Source: a virus. From it: 64,000 nt of DNA. Made by a program: the position numbers and the translations under genes. Below the pieces are notes generated by a model. That model was not told where the DNA came from. It saw nothing but the letters and a program-made list of their open reading frames with translations, and did not search any database. The stretch spans positions 8,414-72,413 of the IMG/VR virus record IMGVR_UViG_3300028034_000051; one strand, 5' to 3'. Positions 45,180-55,329 of this stretch are shown one piece after another; position 1 is the first letter of the stretch; each line of letters starts with the position of its first letter.

Positions 45180-47564
45180 TTATAGATTTTGTTTAATTGT
45201 CTTCCTAGTTAACCCATTCTTTTTAATATCATTATTGACCACACCAGTGATAGCCTCTGGATTTCTAGCAGCAAGATCAGCAAATGATTTAGCATCGACA
45301 GCATTAATATTTATATTGTATGTTTCTCCTCCTGACCCTTGATTGTTTAGAAAAGCTTTAGTATCTTCTCTGCTAAGTATAAGTTCTCCAGTTTGAGCTT
45401 TGATTAACCTTTCATCATTAGCTAATGGCTTTAGTCCCACCATGCCGCCTGAATGATAAGCATCTACCAATCCTCTTGCAGTTACAAGACCACCATTATG
45501 AGCCGTTGGAAAACCAGCAAAACTTAATACACTGTTAACTGCGGGTCCTACAATAGCTTTTTGAATCACTAATGATGCTACTTGATCAAGAAAATTATCA
45601 AAAACTTTACTTAAGCTTTTACCTTTAGCAATAGCAGCGGATAATCCTGAAATCATTTGGTTTTTAAACCTAATAAATTGCTCTCGAGCACTTTTAATTC
45701 TTTCAGTCATATTTTTCCAGGTCATTTCTTTCTTTAAAGCTGCATAATGGTTTTTAGCCCGGTTTATCACTTTAACAAATTTTTCCCATACACTTAAAGT
45801 AGGTAATTTTTCAGGAACATCACCTACTTTAATCGGGCCCATTCCTCCTTTATCAGCTCCTCCTTTTTTATCTCCTATATCAACATCGATAGTGAGTTTC
45901 CCTTTGAAAGCATCTACTATTTTTTTAATTTGTTTATATAACTCGGGGGCTCTCTGCTTAACTAAAATTAATATTTCATCAAAAGTATCTTTTGCTGTTT
46001 GTTTCATAGCTTCCCACAGTTCGCCCATTCCTTTTTTAGCTTTTTCAGACCACTTTTTGATTTCTCCAGCAATCTCTGGAGCTTTTTCTTTGACTATCTC
46101 AAATGTTTTATCTAAGTTTTTACCTATATTAGCTATGTGGTCTTCACCAACTCCTTCAAGAATCTGCCCAAGAAAACCATCATGTTCTTTTCCAACATTT
46201 TTATAAGATTTTTCTACATTATCTGCTACACTAGCAAATTTTACACCAAACAATTCAAGTTTTTTCATTATCCAATCTAAAACTCCACCTATAAATTTAG
46301 CTATTTTATCCCAATTATTTTTAACAACTTCATAAGACATAACAGCTACATTTTTAACTACTACATAAAAATCCAAGTTTCTATTAATCAACCATTTTAA
46401 TATTTTCCAAACAGAATTAAAAGCAGATTTGAATTTATCAAAAAAGTAACTTGCTGTTTTATTGCCACCGTTCATAATATTATCATACCATTCTTTAAAA
46501 TTGTTCCATAATTGGTCTAAATAATCTCTAACCCCCCAAAGATTTTGTTTCCACGCCGAATAAAAAGTATAGGCTAAAGCAATTATAATCGTCACAGGGT
46601 TAGTTAAAGAAACAAAAGCACTTGCCACAACACTTAAGGCTCCAATAATTGCTTCTATTCCAATTACCAGGCCTGCCAGTCCTGCTATAGCTGATAACAA
46701 TCCTGTAGCAAAAAGTCCAATTTGGACTATGTTTTGATGAATAGAATCCGGTAGTTCATTGAATGCCTTTATAGCTTCTCTAGCTTTATTAACAACCTTT
46801 GTGGCAATTGGTAATAAATACGAACCTAACTCTTCTCTGGCATTACGAACCTCTCCCAAAAAACCACGCCAGGAGTTAGCTAGTTCATCTCTAGTTCTAA
46901 CAGCATCTCCTTGAATTTCACTCATTTTTTCCATGATTACATTATATCTAAGCATAACTTTCTCCGACTCTGTCATTTCCCGAACCGATTTCTCAATTCC
47001 ATTCTTTAAAGCATATTGCTCCAAAGCAGCTTGTTGTGTATTAAAACCGAGCCTTTTTAAAGCTTCTGCTTCTCCTGTTAAAGCTCCAGTAAGAGCTTCA
47101 AATGCTCTGTCTGTTTTTATATTCCTAAAAGAAGATAAATCTACTGCTAATTTTGTTATAGCTTTACTCATTTCGGCAGCTTCTTTTTTGCTTTCAACCA
47201 TGTTTTTTAACATGCTCATAGAAGTACCTACATAATTTTTAATTGCATAATCTGATCTATTAACTGCCTCTGCTGTTTGCTCAGCCCATTCATTGATATC
47301 ATCTGCCATTGCTCCAAAGCTAACCTCTATTACATTCTGTAATTCCTTAGCATCAGATGCAGCTTTAATCAAAAATCCACCTGCTGTACCAATCCCTGCT
47401 AAGGCTGCCGTTGCTAATGCCCCGGCACGTTTAATTCCATTAGCTGCTGTTTTAGCTGTATTTGATAGATCTTTCAAACCTCTTTTTGCCGTGTTAATAC
47501 CACTTTTAAGTCCGCTAGTACCTGCTTTTATTCTTGCTAATATGCTTCCTGCATTATACGCCAT
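45180..47564 (-). CDS. Tail tape measure protein
   Basis: LAVDLSSF.N, LTGE.EALK.LG; C-terminal H.GG and INAVDA.SF. Confidence 0.9.
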   Translation of the reverse strand: MAYNAGSILARIKAGTSGLKSGINTAKRGLKDLSNTAKTAANGIKRAGALATAALAGIGTAGGFLIKAASDAKELQNVIEVSFGAMADDINEWAEQTAEAVNRSDYAIKNYVGTSMSMLKNMVESKKEAAEMSKAITKLAVDLSSFRNIKTDRAFEALTGALTGEAEALKRLGFNTQQAALEQYALKNGIEKSVREMTESEKVMLRYNVIMEKMSEIQGDAVRTRDELANSWRGFLGEVRNAREELGSYLLPIATKVVNKAREAIKAFNELPDSIHQNIVQIGLFATGLLSAIAGLAGLVIGIEAIIGALSVVASAFVSLTNPVTIIIALAYTFYSAWKQNLWGVRDYLDQLWNNFKEWYDNIMNGGNKTASYFFDKFKSAFNSVWKILKWLINRNLDFYVVVKNVAVMSYEVVKNNWDKIAKFIGGVLDWIMKKLELFGVKFASVADNVEKSYKNVGKEHDGFLGQILEGVGEDHIANIGKNLDKTFEIVKEKAPEIAGEIKKWSEKAKKGMGELWEAMKQTAKDTFDEILILVKQRAPELYKQIKKIVDAFKGKLTIDVDIGDKKGGADKGGMGPIKVGDVPEKLPTLSVWEKFVKVINRAKNHYAALKKEMTWKNMTERIKSAREQFIRFKNQMISGLSAAIAKGKSLSKVFDNFLDQVASLVIQKAIVGPAVNSVLSFAGFPTAHNGGLVTARGLVDAYHSGGMVGLKPLANDERLIKAQTGELILSREDTKAFLNNQGSGGETYNININAVDAKSFADLAARNPEAITGVVNNDIKKNGLTRKTIKQNL

Positions 47565-47977
47565 TAATCTTCACCTCCCTCTTCAGTACTGTCAAACACT
47601 TCTACATTTGGATTCTGCATCATTTGCTTACTTTCATTAGCTAATCCAATGCTTGCAAAGTCCTGTTGACCACTTTTATTTTGACTATCATTTTGCTTAA
47701 GTTCAATAATCTTCTCCGGTGGATCATCAGCAAATGCAGCTCCAATAGCAAAACGCAAAATATTATATTCTAAATTAGCTTCTTTCATCTTACGGTTTTG
47801 AATAGCAGCGTAAATATCAGCTATTTGTCTCGGACTATACCGGATCACAACTTCATCTGGCCCCATTTTGTATTCAGTTGCAATTTCTTCTACTACTTCA
47901 AATTCTGTTACCCTCGCAGATTCTTCACTACTCCCATCACTGGCTTCATCACTCCTGCGAGAGACTGCAAGTTTTTT
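47564..47977 (-). CDS. Tail chaperone -1 frameshift extension (gpT-like)
   Basis: -1 frame open from slippery A-AAA-AAC (47977-47971) to 47564. Confidence 0.75.
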   Translation of the reverse strand, partial: KKLAVSRRSDEASDGSSEESARVTEFEVVEEIATEYKMGPDEVVIRYSPRQIADIYAAIQNRKMKEANLEYNILRFAIGAAFADDPPEKIIELKQNDSQNKSGQQDFASIGLANESKQMMQNPNVEVFDSTEEGGED

Positions 47978-48339
47978 ACTATTTCCCCCACTCTATTAAC
48001 TTTGAATATAGCAGAAAACAATTCAATTTCTTTAGATAACGTTAAATTATCATCTAAAAACTCTTTATCTAGTCCAGCAGCAACTTCATAGATTTCTAGT
48101 AATACATCATCACTTAAATAAAGCAATAAACCTTCAATTTCATTCTCAATATTTTCTAAATCAAAATCTAAATTACCACTATCTATGTCCTTAACCATCT
48201 TGCCTAATACTTTCATCAGTTTCTTATATTTCTTACGTGGCAACTCAGTAATCAAAACATCTTCATCACCAATTGTAATTTCAACTTCATCTGGAATAAG
48301 GACATCATCAACTCTATTTTCTTCACTCAAAAATAACAA
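47908..48339 (-). CDS. Tail assembly chaperone (gpG-like)
   Basis: Between major tail protein and TMP; slippery site near 3' end. Confidence 0.8.
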   Translation of the reverse strand: MLFLSEENRVDDVLIPDEVEITIGDEDVLITELPRKKYKKLMKVLGKMVKDIDSGNLDFDLENIENEIEGLLLYLSDDVLLEIYEVAAGLDKEFLDDNLTLSKEIELFSAIFKVNRVGEIVKNLQSLAGVMKPVMGVVKNLRG

Positions 48340-48384
48340 CCCCTTTCTATAATAAAAGGCGGCCGTTAAGCCACCTCAGTTAAT

Positions 48385-49242
48385 TTATGCAGTTTCAAAG
48401 CTAGTTCTGTAATTGCTACCCATCTTGTTTCCAGCTAGATCTCTAACCTCTCCGGAAGCAAAAGCTAAATAAGTAGTTAATGAGCTTAAATCTACGTCCG
48501 GTGTGAATATGACTTTATTGGTTCCTTTATCATAAGCTAAGCTTCCTGATACTTCGGTTCCACTAGCATCAACAAGATTAAAGTTTCCGGAAGTAATATC
48601 TCTCTCTTGAATTGGCTCAGAGAAAGTCCATTCAACAGTAGTAGTCACTGCTACTGTTGTCGCTGCGTCAGTAGGACTTACGCTACTAACTGAAGGAGGA
48701 GTAGTGTCATCATATACATCTGTACGCTTACCAAACCGCTGCCCTTTAGGTTTAGTAGTGTCTTCAAGTACTAACATAGTAATTTCTTTGAGCGCTTCCC
48801 CTTCTTTATTGTAAGTAGTTTCCCCAATATCCATAGCAACTACTTTCCATAATTCCCATTTAGCAGTACCTCCACCAGGAGCAGGACCATTAATATAAAG
48901 ACAACGATAATTAACTGTGTCGTCTCCACCAAAATCTAGTACATTATTAGCTTCATCTATAGCACTATCTGGTAGATCCCAAGCAAGAGCCATATTTTCT
49001 AAAGTATCTTCTTTCATAGTAAAGGAAACTTCTAATCTTTCACCAATTTTCTTAACATCGATTACCGAAAGAAACTGGTCTGCTGTCGCTTCGTATAACT
49101 CTGTAGAATGATTATAGCTTACTCCACCTTCTGTCAATCCTACATCTCTAGAATTAGCTTCTGTATCACCATAAGCACCGACTAATATTTGAGAATCACC
49201 CATTGTCAAATTGCCTGGTTGATTAGTCTGTCGTGTAACCAT
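48385..49242 (-). CDS. Major tail protein with C-terminal Ig-like (Big_5-type) domain
   Basis: G.TEGGV tube motif; DTTPPSVSSVSP...FSEPI...DLAGN. Confidence 0.85.
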   Translation of the reverse strand: MVTRQTNQPGNLTMGDSQILVGAYGDTEANSRDVGLTEGGVSYNHSTELYEATADQFLSVIDVKKIGERLEVSFTMKEDTLENMALAWDLPDSAIDEANNVLDFGGDDTVNYRCLYINGPAPGGGTAKWELWKVVAMDIGETTYNKEGEALKEITMLVLEDTTKPKGQRFGKRTDVYDDTTPPSVSSVSPTDAATTVAVTTTVEWTFSEPIQERDITSGNFNLVDASGTEVSGSLAYDKGTNKVIFTPDVDLSSLTTYLAFASGEVRDLAGNKMGSNYRTSFETA

Positions 49243-49256
49243 TTATCTCACCTCTC

Positions 49257-49655
49257 TTAATAATATTTAATTCTTAAATGATAATTACAACTAAATAAAT
49301 CCCGACCATTCTCATCTTTTCCAATGTGGCCAGGCTCTCCTAACGCTTCGCTTACGTACACAAAAATGTAATCACCTAGCCAAAAATTATTCTTATCTTT
49401 AAGTAAGCTATGAATTTTTTGCAATAAATCCATTCCAACAGAATAATCATCGTTTCTCACTTGAATCATTACTGTTGGATCAGAAGTAGTATCTTTTTTA
49501 GGCGCAAATCCTCCAGTATCAAAGATGGTAATGCAATTAACAGGAGAGGAAGGTTTACTGCCATAATAGATATCACCACCAACATCATTTGGTTTAAAAG
49601 CCCCAATACTGTTGGTAGCTAAGTATTTACATATTTCTTCACTAAGTACCGACAT
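49257..49655 (-). CDS. Tail terminator (minor capsid family)
   Basis: DTGG, QVR, G.DENGR..FS.N. Confidence 0.75.
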   Translation of the reverse strand: MSVLSEEICKYLATNSIGAFKPNDVGGDIYYGSKPSSPVNCITIFDTGGFAPKKDTTSDPTVMIQVRNDDYSVGMDLLQKIHSLLKDKNNFWLGDYIFVYVSEALGEPGHIGKDENGRDLFSCNYHLRIKYY

Positions 49656-50161
49656 TATACTCCTCTCCCTTCCTTATCTAATGCATTTTCAATAGCTTCA
49701 GCTAAGCCTTCAATATAATCTTTAGCATTTTCTTTCAATGGCTTTTCCAAGTATTTAGCTTCTCCACCTTTAGGATGATTAAGGTCTAACTCCTCATGTT
49801 GATATGTAGCATATGGAGTGTTAAAGACCACTTCTCCAATTAACTCATTCATCAATCTCTGTAATGATATATTTCCAGTCTGATAATCTCTTATTAATTC
49901 AGCAGTTCCTTCACTTACTTGCTCTGTATGAGCTACTTGATCATCGTTTACTTTTGCCAGTCCTGAACCTCTTAACGTTCCTTCATCAACCGGTGCCCTT
50001 CTCATTCCTTCACCTAGTAGATCATAAACGATATTTACCATTTCATCTATAACAGCTTGAATAGCAATTTCTTCAGCATCTTCTAAAGCTTCTTGGACCC
50101 GTTCTATATCATCTTCCAGTTTTTCAATATCTAACTCAAATAACGGTTCATCTTTATTCAT
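49655..50161 (-). CDS. Tail completion protein (HK97 gp10-like)
   Basis: APVDEGTLR.S, TPYA..QHE, G.AKYLE.P. Confidence 0.8.
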   Translation of the reverse strand: MNKDEPLFELDIEKLEDDIERVQEALEDAEEIAIQAVIDEMVNIVYDLLGEGMRRAPVDEGTLRGSGLAKVNDDQVAHTEQVSEGTAELIRDYQTGNISLQRLMNELIGEVVFNTPYATYQHEELDLNHPKGGEAKYLEKPLKENAKDYIEGLAEAIENALDKEGRGV

Positions 50162-50469
50162 TTTAAGAACACCCTGAGATACTTGTTTTCAACTATACCA
50201 GGTACATAACCAGATTTAATAACCTCATAACTATTACCGTTCTTTACTATCTCGCTTTGAGGATTTAGTTTAGTAGTATCAGGAGATAACCAAACTTCTA
50301 TTGAAGAAACTATCTCATTTCCTTTATCATCACGAATTAGTTTTGTTTCTTCTTTCCAACGACAAGCAATATCCTGGCCCACAAGATTAGTTTTCTTTTT
50401 ACCACTCCCAGTGGTCCCAAGAAAATTATTAATCTTATCTACTCTAGCATTAAAGTAGCTCTCAATCAT
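50158..50469 (-). CDS. Head closure protein
   Basis: Synteny; CR.......D..G.EIVS. Confidence 0.65.
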   Translation of the reverse strand: MIESYFNARVDKINNFLGTTGSGKKKTNLVGQDIACRWKEETKLIRDDKGNEIVSSIEVWLSPDTTKLNPQSEIVKNGNSYEVIKSGYVPGIVENKYLRVFLK

Positions 50470-50825
50470 ATAAGATCACCAACTTGGAACTTATACTTCT
50501 TTATCAGTTGCCTAACTGTCGCACAGTAAGCTATCCCATCAATTATATAGGCTTCACTAACCCCTTCGGATATACTTATCCTTTCTATTCCTTGAGACTG
50601 CATTTTAAGCCTTTGCCTATCTTCTGGTCCTAATTGTAAAAGAAATAAAGCCTGTTCAAATACTGCTTTATTGTAATCTTCAGTACTCATCCTATTTGCA
50701 AAACTTAATGAGTCCACTTGATTTAGGGCCATAGTCAAGGCGGCATTCTTTTTACCATCAGTAGAATTGTCCCATTCGTCAGTCCAGAGCCGGTTATTGA
50801 AATAGTTATTAGCACCACTTAACAT
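50466..50825 (-). CDS. Head-tail adaptor
   Basis: AN.YF..RL...W, A.FEQAL.LL. Confidence 0.7.
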   Translation of the reverse strand: MLSGANNYFNNRLWTDEWDNSTDGKKNAALTMALNQVDSLSFANRMSTEDYNKAVFEQALFLLQLGPEDRQRLKMQSQGIERISISEGVSEAYIIDGIAYCATVRQLIKKYKFQVGDLI

Positions 50826-50835
50826 GTGGTATCAC

Positions 50836-51201
50836 CTACAATTCTTCAGCAATAGATTCGACAAGTTCATCTTTAGACTTCTTACTATAGTTACTGACAT
50901 CCAATTCACTGGCTAATTTACGTAATAAATCAACCGTTAACTTATCAATAGTTGGCATATCGCTAGCTTTATTTAATTCTTCTTGTAATTCCTCTACCTT
51001 TTCTTTCATCGCTTCGTACCTTCCAACTGCAACCACTTCCGGACCACCTTCGCTCTTCATCTCTTCTGGGTCCTTAGCAACGCCTAAATTAATTAATCTA
51101 TTAGCTTCATCAATTGGCAACTCAATAACCTTTTTAGGCTCTATCCTTTTACCCTCTCGACGAATAGCCTGTTCTAAAAACACTTCCTTCATTTTGGCCA
51201 T
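50836..51201 (-). CDS. Head accessory protein with C-terminal Rho-N-like domain
   Basis: LTVD.LR.LA.EL.V.NYS...KDELV; SD GGGAGG before ATG 51201. Confidence 0.7.
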   Translation of the reverse strand: MAKMKEVFLEQAIRREGKRIEPKKVIELPIDEANRLINLGVAKDPEEMKSEGGPEVVAVGRYEAMKEKVEELQEELNKASDMPTIDKLTVDLLRKLASELDVSNYSKKSKDELVESIAEEL

Positions 51202-51255
51202 AATATCAACCTCCCATAATAGAAATAGGAGAGGCGTCAACCTCTCCCTTTAGTC

Positions 51256-52287
51256 TTAGATTACTGTAGCCTGGAATACTTCATCTGCTCTCTCGAACGT
51301 AGGAATAGAAGTAGCAGCAGCTTTAGTTACAATTTCCACTGGATCCTTACTGCTTTTATAAGTAACAGCATAGATACCAGGTGCATCTGTAGCTTCTAAA
51401 TTATCATCTAATAACGCTTCTTCAGTAGGTCCTAATAACTGACCTCCTAATGCTCCATCTGGCAACATAACAAACTTGTTTTCAGGGAACATCCTTACAC
51501 TAGAATAAGCTCCAGCATTATCCTGAGTTCTACCACGAACATTATAAGTAGCAATAGTAGGTAGTCCCATTCTCTCTAATAACTGATTTACATCATTAAG
51601 AGTAATAACTCTGCTACCGCCATTATCACCAAAGATCATCTGTCTAACTGTAGAGTTTTGGAGCATGTTAGAAGCAACAGTGTTAGAAGTTAATGCTCTG
51701 CTTAATTCAACTCCTGTATCACTAGTGACAGTATTGGCCCATCTTTGAATATCTTCGATAGGATTAGAAGCTGCATCACTCCAAAGATTAGAACCACTTA
51801 ATATCTCCTGATGATCTGCCGGCACTCTATAATCAACTTCTGCTTGGATCTTATCACCAGTAATAGTGATCTTGCCATTAGCTAAAGCATCCATCTTCAT
51901 TTTTTCAATTCTAGCTTTAATTGCAGCTACCATATTGTCTAAATCACCAAAAATAGTGTCTCTAACTGCTTCTAAATCTCCTAATCCTTGTCGATTAAGC
52001 TGAACTAATGTATCTCCATCTAATGGAATTTTACGCTTGATAGCAGGAATAGAACCTTCGTCAACGTAAGCTCCTTCTCTACTAGCCTGATCAGCTTCTA
52101 CACCAAAAGCGTGAACATTAGCTAATACAGGTGCTCCAGCAGCTCCTTTTACAATCTTATACTTTAATTCATTAGTAGTATCTTCTGGAAAGAATAAGCT
52201 ACCAATGTAATTCGGATTAGCTTCTAAGTTTCTAGCATAAGTAGTAGTATACTTTGAATCAAATAAGTCTTTTAAAATTTTATTCAT
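51256..52287 (-). CDS. Major capsid protein (lambda gpE-like family)
   Basis: LFFP, R.E......L..GK, W.....NPI.DI, DPV...TK......P. Confidence 0.88.
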   Translation of the reverse strand: MNKILKDLFDSKYTTTYARNLEANPNYIGSLFFPEDTTNELKYKIVKGAAGAPVLANVHAFGVEADQASREGAYVDEGSIPAIKRKIPLDGDTLVQLNRQGLGDLEAVRDTIFGDLDNMVAAIKARIEKMKMDALANGKITITGDKIQAEVDYRVPADHQEILSGSNLWSDAASNPIEDIQRWANTVTSDTGVELSRALTSNTVASNMLQNSTVRQMIFGDNGGSRVITLNDVNQLLERMGLPTIATYNVRGRTQDNAGAYSSVRMFPENKFVMLPDGALGGQLLGPTEEALLDDNLEATDAPGIYAVTYKSSKDPVEIVTKAAATSIPTFERADEVFQATVI

Positions 52288-52318
52288 CCTGTTTCACTCT
52301 CCTTATCTTAAATTAGTC

Positions 52319-52882
52319 TTACACAAATGTAATTTGGTCTAAGTCTGTCTTTTCTTTATCGCTTACCGTACCAGGTAATCTAGCTTCGATAAGTCTAGCT
52401 TCATCAATCCCACCGACTGCAATATCCCCGTCAGTACAATCTACATCATGTGGATATAAAACAAATACAGCAGTGGCACTTCCGTCAGTTACAGTTACTG
52501 AATCACCAGTACTTGCAGCTGCTCCTAATTGAGCAGTAAGCGTAATAGTATTAGCTACTTCATCTACAGTATCAATAGTTGCAGTAGTGCCACCTACATC
52601 GATTTCATCACCACTCTGGAAATAAGTAGCATCTACGACAGAAATAGTGGTATCAGTAGATGCAGCATCACTAGCTAATTCTGTAGACTTAACAGGTGCA
52701 TATTTACCACTGGATGTAATCTGTCCTAATCTAGTTCCTAATTCTACAATTTTACGCCCTTCAGTATTTGCTTTAACTTTACTTGAATCAATAGTTGCTC
52801 CAACAGAAATATAACGTTTCTGTTCAGAATCTAAGATATTAACTTCACCAGTAATATTCGTTCTTTTAATAGATAAATCCAT
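52319..52882 (-). CDS. Head decoration protein
   Basis: Between scaffold and capsid; G..LG.IT.SGKY, RLP. Confidence 0.75.
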   Translation of the reverse strand: MDLSIKRTNITGEVNILDSEQKRYISVGATIDSSKVKANTEGRKIVELGTRLGQITSSGKYAPVKSTELASDAASTDTTISVVDATYFQSGDEIDVGGTTATIDTVDEVANTITLTAQLGAAASTGDSVTVTDGSATAVFVLYPHDVDCTDGDIAVGGIDEARLIEARLPGTVSDKEKTDLDQITFV

Positions 52883-52898
52883 TATTCATCACTCCCTT

Positions 52899-53597
52899 TT
52901 ATTTATTCCACGGATCTTTTACCTTTTGGTTACTCTTCTGCTTATCTGAATTACTTCTATCTTTAGCTAATTCAGCAGCAGACTTATAAGTATCATCACT
53001 ACCACTAGGGTTACTGTCTCCACCGATATCTTGACCGCCTTCTTTGCTACCGATTAAATCTGGTTTATCTTCTGCAAGTTCATCAATTAGCTTACCAGCT
53101 CCAAATTTCTTGCCATCTTCACTAGTAATTATATTACCTTCTTTATCAGTAGCAAAAATATTGCCTTCATCATCGACTTTAAGTCTGTCTTTAAGACCTC
53201 TCTTTTCTACTAAAAAGTCAAAATACTCTTCATCTTCAACGCCAGCTTTAGCAGCAGCTAGTTTCAATTCATAATCTTTCTTGAAATCATTACTAGCTTC
53301 TTGATCCTTCTTTTCTAATTCCTCAATCTTAGTTTCATACTCTTCTATCTTCTCTGGATCAACTAAATCCTCCATCTGCTCTTTAAGCTGTTTAATTTGC
53401 TTATTCTTCTGCTCAATCTCATTTTCATGTAAGTTTCTTTCTCGACCTAATCTTCTATCTAGTGCATCGTCAAATTCTTGCTGAGTAAGTAAATCATCAG
53501 TACTTGGCATTGCATCTTCAATTTGACTTCTTAGCTCATCAGTAACCTCGACATCATTGTTTTTTAATACTTCTAATACTTTATCCACAATCAACAT
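52899..53597 (-). CDS. Capsid scaffolding protein
   Basis: Acidic coiled coil, TQQEFD....RRL.RE. Confidence 0.8.
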   Translation of the reverse strand: MLIVDKVLEVLKNNDVEVTDELRSQIEDAMPSTDDLLTQQEFDDALDRRLGRERNLHENEIEQKNKQIKQLKEQMEDLVDPEKIEEYETKIEELEKKDQEASNDFKKDYELKLAAAKAGVEDEEYFDFLVEKRGLKDRLKVDDEGNIFATDKEGNIITSEDGKKFGAGKLIDELAEDKPDLIGSKEGGQDIGGDSNPSGSDDTYKSAAELAKDRSNSDKQKSNQKVKDPWNK

Positions 53598-53603
53598 CTC
53601 CTT

Positions 53604-53696
53604 CCCGATTTTAAGTCTCGTTCGACTCCCGTTTAAGCTCGTCAGCTTTGTCTTAACCAGTATTGTCTTACCCGTATTATAAGCTCGTCAGCTCCC
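53604..53696 (-). promoter_or_regulatory. Triple mini-hairpin leader upstream of scaffold gene
   Basis: AGCTGACGAGCTTA x2 and AGTCGAACGAGACTTA, each followed by A-rich linker and CGGG. Confidence 0.6.
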
Positions 53697-53840
53697 AACA
53701 GAGTTTATTGTCATCCAGCGTCTTGGACATTAGTACATATAATAAAAATAACACCCACTAAGGTGTTTAAGCATAAGAAAAAGCACCCTTTATTGGATGC
53801 TTAAAAGTATCTATTTTATTTTAAAATAAATCAATTTTCT

Positions 53841-54083
53841 TTAATGCAAATATAATTCTATATCAGTAATAATCTCCTCTAATTTTTTGCCTTGTACTCT
53901 AAAATTTTCTAATAATTCATCTATGGTTTCAAACTCAATTGAAGGTTCCCAGGCTTCACCAGCTGCATAAATTCCATGGACAGGACAAATAGAATATTCT
54001 CTCCCATTATATCCAAACTCTATATCTTTAAAGCTTTTTAAGTCTTGGATTAATTCATCAATACTATTATATTTGCCAGCCAT
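53841..54083 (-). CDS. Putative immunity protein for minor-capsid toxin
   Basis: Small acidic ORF directly after toxin; IEF.YNG..YSI...F.TIDELL...GK.L.EI. Confidence 0.7.
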   Translation of the reverse strand: MAGKYNSIDELIQDLKSFKDIEFGYNGREYSICPVHGIYAAGEAWEPSIEFETIDELLENFRVQGKKLEEIITDIELYLH

Positions 54084-54096
54084 TTAAATCATCTCC

Positions 54097-55317
54097 TTAT
54101 TTAGGAAGAATATCTGAATTTAATTTTCTTTCATTCTTGATCACTTCTCGAGTAGTACGATTTTTAAGTTCTCCATTTTCCCACTCAAAATCATGAGCGT
54201 GCTCACCATTTAACCCATATGGATGGTTATCTGGTCTATTATGAGGGTTAGTATCTATTTGTTTAATTATTTTTCCTTGTTTATCATAAAATACTCGTTG
54301 TTTGATTGGTTGATCTCTACCTTCTAAATCTATTACGCCAAATGGTTTATATGTTTTAGGAGCAGAACTACCAAGTTCTAATACTTTGTCTGTCTTTATT
54401 ATACCATTTTCTGTGTCATATTTAAACTCATCTTTATAATATTTTGTTACGTCTTCACCACGTTTTTTAGCATATTTCTCCACCCATGGAGTAACAACAT
54501 GAGCACAATTAGGATGATATGGTGGCCTTTGTTCTAACGCTGGATACCTGTCACTATTACCGGAAATAGCAAAAACCTTGCCTTCATATAAGTTACAAAT
54601 ATCCATACCATCTACATCAACATGTTTACTTATTTTAACCAAATCTAGTTCATTTTTCTGCATGCGATCAATGGTACCTTTAGTTTGGTATTCACGGGTT
54701 CTGGTTCTGGCATACATTCTAGCATACTTAACTGGATCCCATTTGCGCCCAGCAGAATCAACTAACTTTAATCCGTTTTCTCGTAACTCCCGGTATATCT
54801 TAGAACCTATTTCATCTCCAGTAGTTGTACCACCTAATTTACCCGGTTCCTGTACTACTCTAACCCCTTGTCCTTCTTTAATCCCTTGCTGGGCTAATTT
54901 ATCTAATCTATCTCTCATATCATTATTGACCATTTTAACATCTTTAAAAGTCTGTTTCTTAATCTTATCTATAGTTTCTTTGATAAACTCTCTATCTCTA
55001 GGTTTAAGAGTTATTTTTCCGTTACTATCTCTCTTGACAACTGCATCAACTATATCTAATCCCCGAGTATAGCTCTTTTTCGAAATAACTTCAGCCCATT
55101 TTTCAACTATTTTATTTAATTTATTAACTTTTGTGTTAACCTCTTTTTGAAAAGCCTTAGCTACCGAAGGATTAAATCCACTTTGTTCTAATCGATTTAT
55201 GCTTTTTTCTAGGTCTTTAACAACTTTATCGTAATACTTAAGCATTTTTATTATTTCATCTTTAGTTGGATTTTTTTCTAATCCTTCAATGTTGTTGAGT
55301 TTATCGTATAACTTCAT
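54097..55317 (-). CDS. Minor capsid (MuF-like) protein with C-terminal polymorphic toxin domain
   Basis: D.AGR.W...YA.M..RT, C...EGK, PPYHPNCAH; then His-rich extension YD..G...KQID..H....HP...GEHAHD. Confidence 0.8.
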   Translation of the reverse strand: MKLYDKLNNIEGLEKNPTKDEIIKMLKYYDKVVKDLEKSINRLEQSGFNPSVAKAFQKEVNTKVNKLNKIVEKWAEVISKKSYTRGLDIVDAVVKRDSNGKITLKPRDREFIKETIDKIKKQTFKDVKMVNNDMRDRLDKLAQQGIKEGQGVRVVQEPGKLGGTTTGDEIGSKIYRELRENGLKLVDSAGRKWDPVKYARMYARTRTREYQTKGTIDRMQKNELDLVKISKHVDVDGMDICNLYEGKVFAISGNSDRYPALEQRPPYHPNCAHVVTPWVEKYAKKRGEDVTKYYKDEFKYDTENGIIKTDKVLELGSSAPKTYKPFGVIDLEGRDQPIKQRVFYDKQGKIIKQIDTNPHNRPDNHPYGLNGEHAHDFEWENGELKNRTTREVIKNERKLNSDILPK

Positions 55318-55329
55318 CTAATCACCGCC

